Shown one piece after another: positions 57,326-64,000 of a stretch of DNA of 64,000 nt. Every line of letters starts with the position of its first letter. Within the stretch, counting starts at the first letter, position 1. Origin of the DNA: a virus; the IMG/VR virus record IMGVR_UViG_3300042516_004811, positions 32,001 through 96,000 of that record; one strand, written 5' to 3'. The notes under the pieces were generated by a model. That model was given only the letters and a program-made list of their open reading frames with translations, did no database searches and was not told the DNA's origin. Both the position numbers and the translations under genes were made by a program.

Positions 57326-57736
57326 CTACCTGCTGTCAACAATCCTTGCTACATCTCGTGCAGATAAGTAAATAGTTGCGCTCCTGATAATCAGTTCGCC
57401 AGCAATATCTTCTGAGGCAATATCTACAGCATCAAGTGGGACACCGAGTCTCTGTGCTATTGCGGCTCTCGATGATTCTATTTTTAATTCTTGGTCGGCA
57501 AGATTTGGCTCGTAGGCAACAAGTATCCCAGGGCGTGAAAGCGCCTTTATCTCTTGTTCTTTTTGTTCAGCCTTGGGACACCACGTGCACGCAAGTTCTG
57601 GCGTTGAAGCCGCACGTTTGCGCTCCTCGACGTGACCACAGGAGAGAAAGTGTCTGTAGATGACGTTACCCCAAGAACCAGCTCTCTCAATTTTTGTGAC
57701 AGACCGTCTTGGAGCTTTTCTTCGCTCCGTGGTCAT
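57326..57736 (-). CDS. hypothetical zinc-binding protein
   Basis: LSCGH...CTWC. Confidence 0.65.
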   Translation of the reverse strand: MTTERRKAPRRSVTKIERAGSWGNVIYRHFLSCGHVEERKRAASTPELACTWCPKAEQKEQEIKALSRPGILVAYEPNLADQELKIESSRAAIAQRLGVPLDAVDIASEDIAGELIIRSATIYLSARDVARIVDSR

Positions 57737-57744
57737 GTATTTTT

Positions 57745-58050
57745 TTAGCGACCGAAGAGTCGGCTAAACAGTGAGCGCTTTTTTGCTGGCTTCGCTGGGG
57801 TGGTTTGTTCAATCATCTTATTTTGAATGATGTTATTTTGAATGATTGGCTTGCTGTGTGTCACGGGAGCAATGGAAGCCTCAAAAGAAACGTTTTCCAC
57901 CGTCTTGGGGGTTGCTGAAGTTTTGGATGCTGCAGCCTTCTTTGCCGGAGCAGCCTTCTTTGCCGGAGCAGCCTTCTTTACTGGGGCTTTTTTCTGTGCA
58001 GCTTTCTTTGGGGCTGCTGTCTTTTTTGCTGGTTTTTTGTCATTGGCCAT
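57745..58050 (-). CDS. Ala/Lys-rich (H1-like N-terminus) protein
   Basis: KKAAPA repeats; amphipathic SLFSRLFGR C-terminus. Confidence 0.65.
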   Translation of the reverse strand: MANDKKPAKKTAAPKKAAQKKAPVKKAAPAKKAAPAKKAAASKTSATPKTVENVSFEASIAPVTHSKPIIQNNIIQNKMIEQTTPAKPAKKRSLFSRLFGR

Positions 58051-58146
58051 GCCGGAAATACTAATACACAAGAGTGCTGTTGTCTGCAAATATTCGTCGA
58101 TTAAGTATTTACGGAAAAATTTTAAAAGGGGATTTAGTATCTTTCT

Positions 58147-58788
58147 GTGCAGGAGTACGTCAGTGAAATAAGTAAGATGGCCCTCGCCCTAACATCTGGA
58201 CAGATGGCCAAGGATGAGGCTGTCAAGGAACACGGTGTTGGCGAGGAGCTGGCTGTCCATTTTTTAGGATGGGTGGGAGACAGTTTGGGGCTGATTTGCC
58301 AGATGGGAGAATCCCTCTCCAAGAGCGACAAAGAGGACCGATTTGCCGCGTCCATGAACCTATGTAGCATCCTTAGGCAGTATTGGTGGATTACGGCGAT
58401 AACCATGGTTTCTGAGGGCTACTGCTCCCTGGACAGGGCGGCCACTGGGGACACCGACCTTGCCGAGGCCTTCGTGGACCCAACAAAACCAGTCATGGAG
58501 TGCCTCACCGTCATGCACGCCGGACTAGATGATGGTGGAAGGATTAGTCCAGTGTCAATGGTTGCCGCACCATACAGGATGGGTGTTGGGAAAAACGTAA
58601 TGTGGAACGACATTTTGGTTTATCCAGAAAAGGCCGACTCCCACATCAAGAACGCCAAATACCCAACCATGATTCGCAGGTCACTCATGGTGCAGCCAGT
58701 AGAAGAGGTTACGTCGGCCCACTTGGTGCAAGTCAGGGATGAAATAAATGAAATCGGCTTTCTAATGCAAGAATTTTTTGACGTATAA
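58147..58788 (+). CDS. hypothetical protein, apparent paralog of 7375..8061
   Basis: 213-aa ORF with QMAK, SEGY, DLAEAF, VME, APY. Confidence 0.75.
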   Translation: MQEYVSEISKMALALTSGQMAKDEAVKEHGVGEELAVHFLGWVGDSLGLICQMGESLSKSDKEDRFAASMNLCSILRQYWWITAITMVSEGYCSLDRAATGDTDLAEAFVDPTKPVMECLTVMHAGLDDGGRISPVSMVAAPYRMGVGKNVMWNDILVYPEKADSHIKNAKYPTMIRRSLMVQPVEEVTSAHLVQVRDEINEIGFLMQEFFDV

Positions 58789-58798
58789 TTTATTGACT

Positions 58799-59125
58799 AT
58801 GGGAGCATTCTACGATAGCCCTGCCTTTGGGGGGGAGGAATCCGAGTCTGGGGAGATTCATGGCATCCCGTATTTGAGGGCGGCTAGGAAGCCATGTCTT
58901 GTTTGTGGTCACCCAACTGGTGACTGCACCGGGGATTCTGGTCCGCCAGAAACTATTTGGGGGTTCAATACAAATTCAACCCTGGATAAAAAACTGACTT
59001 TTTATGTTGAAGAAGATTATTACGAAGAGCGTCAAATTGCGCCCGGTTTAGTGACGCGGATACTTATCCACAAGAAGGGGAAACACATACCCCTTGAGGA
59101 AGCAAAAAATCTAGGACTCATTTAA
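58799..59125 (+). CDS. hypothetical protein
   Basis: CLVCGHPTGDC motif. Confidence 0.65.
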   Translation: MGAFYDSPAFGGEESESGEIHGIPYLRAARKPCLVCGHPTGDCTGDSGPPETIWGFNTNSTLDKKLTFYVEEDYYEERQIAPGLVTRILIHKKGKHIPLEEAKNLGLI

Positions 59126-59216
59126 AAATTACTATAGTCCCTCGACTTTTTCACTATTCATTCTTGCGCTACACTCGGTGTTCCACTGTTGAACACCTAG
59201 CAAGCGAAAGATAAAA

Positions 59217-61142
59217 ATGAGCGTAATTAGCGACGAATTTGTAAACACCTATAACGGCAAGCCAATACCTTGGGGTTTTAATGGCATGGGGGAGATTGTT
59301 TTTCTCCGTACGTATAGCCGCACCAAAGAAGATGGAACACTCGAAACCTGGGCTGACACAATCCAGCGCGTTATAAATGGCGCAATTGAAATTGGAGTCC
59401 CCTACACACAAAAAGAAGCTGAAGAACTTTTTGACCACATGTACAACCTTCGTTGCTCAATGAGCGGACGAGCATTGTGGCAACTTGGAACACCTATGGT
59501 TAAGAAGTTTGGTGGAGCATCGCTCAATAACTGTTATTTCGTAAACGTTGAAACAATCGAGGATTTTGAGTTCTTGTTTGACATGCTCATGCTTGGCGGT
59601 GGTGTTGGATTCTCTGTTGAGCGCTCCAAGATTCATGACCTGCCAAAAATCAAGACAGGTGTAACGATTACGCATGAACGCACTAATGATGCGGACATCA
59701 TTGTTCCGGACTCACGAACCGGTTGGCGTCGCCTTCTTCACGGCGTACTAAAGTCATACTTTGACACCGGTAAGTCATTCTCATACTCCACGATTCTGGT
59801 TCGCGAATTTGGAGCACCACTCAAAACGTTTGGTGGAACTGCCAGCGGACCTGGCGCGCTCATTGATGGAATAGCAGATATCTGTAAAGTGCTAGACAAC
59901 CGTGTTGGCAAGAAACTTCGCTCTGTTGACGTGCTAGATATTTGCAACATCATCGGGCGCATTGTTGTCTCTGGTTCATCTCGCCGCTCGGCTCAGATTT
60001 CAATGGGTGACCCAGATGACGTTTTGTTTCTCCGAGCCAAAAACTGGGCGTCTGGTTCCATTCCGGCATGGAGAGCAAACAGCAACAACTCCCTCTACGC
60101 GGATGGCTGGAATGAAATCCCCTCCGAGCTATGGAAGGGTTATGACGGTTCTGGTGAACCATACGGTTTGGTAAACAGAAAACTTGCTCGCACGTATGGA
60201 CGTCTTGGAGAGAAGCGTCCAGACCCAACAATCGAGGGCTTCAACCCTTGTGCCGAAATTGCCCTTGGGGACGGCGAGTCGTGCAATCTAGCAACGGTTT
60301 TCCTTCCGAATATCACATCAGAGAAGCAGTTGCACAGCATTGCTCGTTTGCTTTACATGACACAGAAGCACATCACGCGTCTGCCCTATCCATATGAGAA
60401 GACAACTTCGATTGTTCGTCAGAACGCTCGTCTTGGGCAGAGCATCACTGGAGTTCTTCAGTCAACGGAGAAGCAGTTGTCATGGCTCGACGGCACTTAT
60501 CAATATTTGCGCGATATCGATAAGGAATATTCAGCAAAGAATGGTTTCCCTGAGTCAGTCAGAATAACGACGGTTCAGCCATCCGGCACACTTTCTCTGC
60601 TGCCTGGGGTTACTCCTGGAATTCACCCAGCTTTCGCTAGTCACTACATTCGTCGTGTTCGGTTCGGTGCCTCTGACCCATTGGTTGAGGCATGCCGCAA
60701 GCGTGGATACAAGGTTCAGTGGGACGTCGGCCTTGATGGGCGTGAGGACCATACGCGTTTCGTTGTTGAATTCCCTTGCATGTCACCAGAGGGTTCAGTT
60801 CTCGCAAAAGATATGACAGCAATCGAGCAGCTTGAGTGGGTTAAGAAAATGCAGACACAGTGGGCAGATAATGCAGTTTCTGTGACTGTTTATTACCGTA
60901 AAGAAGAGCTTGATGACATCAAGTCATGGTTGAGCCAGAACTATGACAAAGGCGTAAAATCTGTTTCGTTCCTCTTGCATAGTGACCACAACTTTGCCCT
61001 ACCTCCATATGAGGAAATTACGGAAGAGCAATACACGAAGACTGTTTCGAAGATTAATTTCGACCTACCTTTGGTCCAGAGCAAGTTTGACGCAGAGTTC
61101 GATTTAGAGAATTGCGCAACTGGAGCCTGCCCGGTAAAGTGA
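59217..61142 (+). CDS. nrdJ: class II (adenosylcobalamin-dependent) ribonucleotide reductase
   Basis: RTYSR, SLNNC, LGGGVG, RRSAQI, NPCAEI, TTVQPSGT, C-terminal CATGACP; no beta-subunit gene adjacent. Confidence 0.93.
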   Translation: MSVISDEFVNTYNGKPIPWGFNGMGEIVFLRTYSRTKEDGTLETWADTIQRVINGAIEIGVPYTQKEAEELFDHMYNLRCSMSGRALWQLGTPMVKKFGGASLNNCYFVNVETIEDFEFLFDMLMLGGGVGFSVERSKIHDLPKIKTGVTITHERTNDADIIVPDSRTGWRRLLHGVLKSYFDTGKSFSYSTILVREFGAPLKTFGGTASGPGALIDGIADICKVLDNRVGKKLRSVDVLDICNIIGRIVVSGSSRRSAQISMGDPDDVLFLRAKNWASGSIPAWRANSNNSLYADGWNEIPSELWKGYDGSGEPYGLVNRKLARTYGRLGEKRPDPTIEGFNPCAEIALGDGESCNLATVFLPNITSEKQLHSIARLLYMTQKHITRLPYPYEKTTSIVRQNARLGQSITGVLQSTEKQLSWLDGTYQYLRDIDKEYSAKNGFPESVRITTVQPSGTLSLLPGVTPGIHPAFASHYIRRVRFGASDPLVEACRKRGYKVQWDVGLDGREDHTRFVVEFPCMSPEGSVLAKDMTAIEQLEWVKKMQTQWADNAVSVTVYYRKEELDDIKSWLSQNYDKGVKSVSFLLHSDHNFALPPYEEITEEQYTKTVSKINFDLPLVQSKFDAEFDLENCATGACPVK

Positions 61143-61148
61143 TTGTAA

Positions 61149-61185
61149 GTGGCCACCCCGAAAAGTACGAACTCGGGGTGGCCAC
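61149..61185 (+). terminator. GC-rich hairpin after nrdJ (terminator or processing site)
   Basis: GTGGCCACCCCGA/TCGGGGTGGCCAC; no T-tract. Confidence 0.5.
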
Positions 61186-61193
61186 CAACAAAT

Positions 61194-61269
61194 GCGTCGG
61201 TGGCCAAATGGATAAGGCAACAGACTTCTAATCTGTCGATTGCAGGTTCGAGTCCTGCCCGACGCGCCA
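61194..61269 (+). tRNA. tRNA-Arg(TCT)
   Basis: cloverleaf, loop CTTCTAA, encoded CCA. Confidence 0.95.
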
Positions 61270-61304
61270 TTTTGACAGCGTGGGGTGCGTAGCCCAGCAG
61301 CAGG

Positions 61305-61385
61305 GGGCTAGTGGTGGAATGGCATACACGGAGGACTTAAAATCCTCTCCCGAAAGGGATGCGGGTTCAAATCCCGCCTAGCCCA
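61305..61385 (+). tRNA. tRNA-Leu(TAA)
   Basis: cloverleaf, loop CTTAAAA, variable arm. Confidence 0.93.
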
Positions 61386-61404
61386 CAAGGTAGTATTCAA
61401 TCAT

Positions 61405-61480
61405 TGGCGAGTAGCTCAGTTGGCAGAGCGGAGGACTGTTAATCCTTTGGTCGCAGGTTCGAGCCCTGCCTCGCCAGCCA
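61405..61480 (+). tRNA. tRNA-Asn(GTT)
   Basis: cloverleaf, loop CTGTTAA, GCCA end. Confidence 0.95.
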
Positions 61481-61512
61481 AATAAATACCGTATAAGGTG
61501 TACAATGTTCGG

Positions 61513-61875
61513 ATGGCTGAATTCGAACCAACAGAGAGACTTGGTGACTTTAAGGATATATTGTCCCGGTTCCAGTCTGGTTTTCCCGCAATAATAGATT
61601 GCGAGCATGGGTGGAATGAAATTATCGCCAACTGCCATCAGGAGTTAAAAACAATAGATGACGAGTATACGATTGCCCAGATTAAAGAGAAATTTGGAAC
61701 ACTCAGGTATTACTTTTCTTCTAGTAACCCATCTCTTTACAAGCAGATGTGTGGGGTTGTTTCTAAATATGAAAAGATGTCTTCTTCGACATGCGAGCTC
61801 TGTGGTTCTCCTGGGGCAACCAGGAACTCTGGCTACATCAAGACGCTATGTAATGAGCACGCGAAAACTAATTAG
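61513..61875 (+). CDS. conserved-looking phage hypothetical protein
   Basis: GW..II...QIKEKFGTLRYY...S..TCELCG.PG...TLC..H. Confidence 0.75.
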   Translation: MAEFEPTERLGDFKDILSRFQSGFPAIIDCEHGWNEIIANCHQELKTIDDEYTIAQIKEKFGTLRYYFSSSNPSLYKQMCGVVSKYEKMSSSTCELCGSPGATRNSGYIKTLCNEHAKTN

Positions 61876-62696
61876 CGCTTAGCTTTTCTCGCTTTAGCCA
61901 TTTGTCGTGACGCCCTGTTCATTCTGGCCATGACGGATTCGTCACCAGCAAACATTCGGTCGCCTTTCATAAAAGATGGGGAAAGCATCAACATTGCTTT
62001 CCTGGTCTCATCGCGAAGTGTGGTTACCGATTCGTCTGTAACTAGCTCTTCCGGGGTATAGAGTTCACTAATTACACCAATACCGGTGAGGTCCGTATCA
62101 TGAATACTGTGGTCAGCCGATTTTCTTTGTGTCGAGCTAAATATTGACAAACTAAATTCTTCGGGATTTTCTGACTTCTTCTTAACCTTACTATAACGCT
62201 CAAGAAGTCTTCTCCCCTTTGCTGCAAGCTTTGCTGCATCTTCCATATTTTTGGGTACTGGTTCACCCCATGCTGCGGCAGAGAGCGCAAGCCTTGTAGC
62301 TCTACCTTTTTCGTCAACCATTGGCCCGGATGGATTCGTGAAGAAGCGTGTTAGGAAGGAGCCCTTCCTTCTCATCTTTTCTGGAGTATTTGCTGGCCCC
62401 ATTACTCCGGGTTTTAGGTTTGCCCCTTCTTTGCGCTTGAAGTAGGCGCGCCCAGCAGCAGTGAGACCACCCTTGGGGTCTTTGAGTCTTTTCTTGGCTG
62501 CCTTGCCTTCAATGCAGTCATTTAAGATTTTCCCACCGTAGTATTCATCGAATATCGGCATCATTGAATCGCTCTTTAGTTCGACTATTGACTGCTCAGC
62601 AATTAGGGCAAGTTCTTCTTCGACGTCTATGGCGTCAGAAATATTAAGAAGCTGCTCAAAGAGGGAGTCAAGATTCTCGTTATTGGTTTCATCCAT
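61872..62696 (-). CDS. DUF6321-like phage head-region protein
   Basis: DPKGGLTAAGR..FKRKEGANLKPGV...RKGSFL.RF. Confidence 0.65.
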   Translation of the reverse strand: MDETNNENLDSLFEQLLNISDAIDVEEELALIAEQSIVELKSDSMMPIFDEYYGGKILNDCIEGKAAKKRLKDPKGGLTAAGRAYFKRKEGANLKPGVMGPANTPEKMRRKGSFLTRFFTNPSGPMVDEKGRATRLALSAAAWGEPVPKNMEDAAKLAAKGRRLLERYSKVKKKSENPEEFSLSIFSSTQRKSADHSIHDTDLTGIGVISELYTPEELVTDESVTTLRDETRKAMLMLSPSFMKGDRMFAGDESVMARMNRASRQMAKARKAKR

Positions 62697-62733
62697 ATAG
62701 CTACATTATCCCATGAAAGTTGTTTGTAGATAG

Positions 62734-62776
62734 AAAAGAACCCTGGGGTTCCGGTTTCCCGTTGCCCCAGGGTTCT
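62734..62776 (-). terminator. intrinsic terminator after the major capsid gene
   Basis: AGAACCCTGGGG/CCCCAGGGTTCT with T-tract on the minus strand. Confidence 0.75.
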
Positions 62777-62804
62777 CTCTTGCGTTGCTACGCGTTGGTC
62801 GTTA

Positions 62805-64000
62805 TCAGACAGGTGCGCTGTCGAATGACACCTTCACGAAGGCCTCTGGACGCTTCACCGCTAGGGCTAGGCGCTGCTCGGCCAAGATGACGATGGCGTT
62901 GCGTACGAAGAAGTCTGAGTGCTGTTCCGAAATACGGATGCTGGCTTCCTCGCGGTCGTACAACTGAGCGCCGGTACCGAAGGCACCAACAAGAGCAGTG
63001 CCCTCATCGATGGCTGGGGTGTCCACCAGCGGCATGCGCCAGACCTTTGGCTCACCACCCATCGCAACCGAAACTGCGATTAGGTACTGACCCTGCTCGT
63101 CCTTCGTCAGTTCGATGTCTTCCCAGTCGTTCGGGTGTAGAACAACACCGCTTGGCTCGTAGTAAGCCAGGAACGAGAGGGTAGCAGCACGACGAATTGC
63201 GTCAGCCTTGGTGTCAGCAACTGGAGCGGTTTCTCCATCTGACCATGCGTATTCCTGAATGTTTGGTGTGTTGAGCACGCCGAGAAGGTTCTCGCCGGTT
63301 CCGTCACCGTTCAGAATCTGGTTGTCTTCGAGGAGACGCAGACCGTACATTAGCTCGTTGTCGATGATTGAGCGCAGCTGTGGCTCATCGGCAAGAACGT
63401 TGCGGTGTGCTGCTTCCCAGTGTGCGAGTGTGCGCACTGGAGCCTGCTCGCCAACGAAAGCGAATGACGACTGTGGCTTGATGCCGAAGGTCGCGCTCGC
63501 TGCGCCGGTTCCACGCTCTGCAACTGTCGCAGCGTTGTTTACGCCATGACCAGCCTCAAGTGTGGTGAACCCGAGCTGACGGAAGTACTCGATAACCGCT
63601 GCGTTTGTGCGACGGACCGGGAAAAGGTCACGAACGCGCTTGGTACGCATTGGAGGAGTAACGATTGCGTCACGCTGAACTGAACCAAGGCCAGTGGTGA
63701 TGTCACCGCTTGGCATACCTGAGAAGACGTCCTTGACGTTGTAACCACCTGAGAAGCTGGTGAGGGAAGCCTTCACCTGCCATGGAGCGGCCATGTTTGC
63801 GCCATTACGTCCACCGTTGAGGGCCTTGAACTCAGCTGACTCAAGGAACATCTGGCCGATGCTCTTGATTTCACGTGATGTCAACTGGGTGAGGTCAGCG
63901 GCAGCAGCAGCATAGGCTGAAGAAACCGAGTCACCTGCTGGCTGATTTGACCAGCTGTCAACGTTTTCGATGGTCTGAAGGTCCGAAAGAAGCGACTTGA
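62805..64000 (-). CDS. HK97-fold major capsid protein (5' end outside window)
   Basis: VRTLAHW...LADEPQLRSIIDNEL.YGL...EDNQILNGDG, F.RN...ILAEQRLALAV.RPEAFV; frame is open to the window edge. Confidence 0.95.
   Translation of the reverse strand, partial: KSLLSDLQTIENVDSWSNQPAGDSVSSAYAAAAADLTQLTSREIKSIGQMFLESAEFKALNGGRNGANMAAPWQVKASLTSFSGGYNVKDVFSGMPSGDITTGLGSVQRDAIVTPPMRTKRVRDLFPVRRTNAAVIEYFRQLGFTTLEAGHGVNNAATVAERGTGAASATFGIKPQSSFAFVGEQAPVRTLAHWEAAHRNVLADEPQLRSIIDNELMYGLRLLEDNQILNGDGTGENLLGVLNTPNIQEYAWSDGETAPVADTKADAIRRAATLSFLAYYEPSGVVLHPNDWEDIELTKDEQGQYLIAVSVAMGGEPKVWRMPLVDTPAIDEGTALVGAFGTGAQLYDREEASIRISEQHSDFFVRNAIVILAEQRLALAVKRPEAFVKVSFDSAPV

Noticed and set aside
55093-61142. Inteins or introns in the primase-helicase or nrdJ
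   Set aside because: Both ORFs are of normal length and uninterrupted, with no intein C...HN or LAGLIDADG signature seen.
1-64000. Stop-codon reassignment
   Set aside because: Conserved genes are intact in the standard code, TAG, TGA and TAA all terminate genes, and there is no suppressor tRNA.

Overview
This window is a 64-kb segment of a large tailed dsDNA phage, most likely infecting an actinobacterium (WhiB, Rpf-type muralytic enzyme, LPxTG protein, many leaderless genes). It has two distinct halves. The right half (~32.3-64 kb) is a conventional metabolism/replication/structural region: rmlACBD, thyX, dCMP deaminase, 10 canonical tRNAs plus one atypical D-arm-less tRNA-like RNA, phosphoesterases, SSB, primase-helicase, WhiB, class II RNR, and an HK97 major capsid gene truncated by the window end. 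The left half (~2.6-32 kb) is an array of small, mostly hypothetical early-type genes organised by a dense cis-element grammar with four parts: (A) about 85 copies of (G)ACTTATCTAC(CT)/(AG)GTAGATAAGT(C), placed in intergenic DNA, stop codons, RBSs and Val-Asp-Lys codons; (B) 13 intact GGAGCCCCG-N17-19-CGGGGCTCC inverted repeats, usually flanked symmetrically at ~45 bp by inverted A boxes to form a ~130-bp element roughly every 1 kb; (C) about 22 copies of a conserved promoter (AAGTCTGAACC-N-TG-N-TANNNT); (D) 7 co-oriented TCCACCACCGTCA boxes. Much of this half also avoids several 4-bp palindromes, and it ends in a TG/CA-rich low-complexity junction. This multi-element regulatory/cassette system is the main candidate novelty. 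All counts were made by eye and all family assignments come from motif recognition, not database searches.
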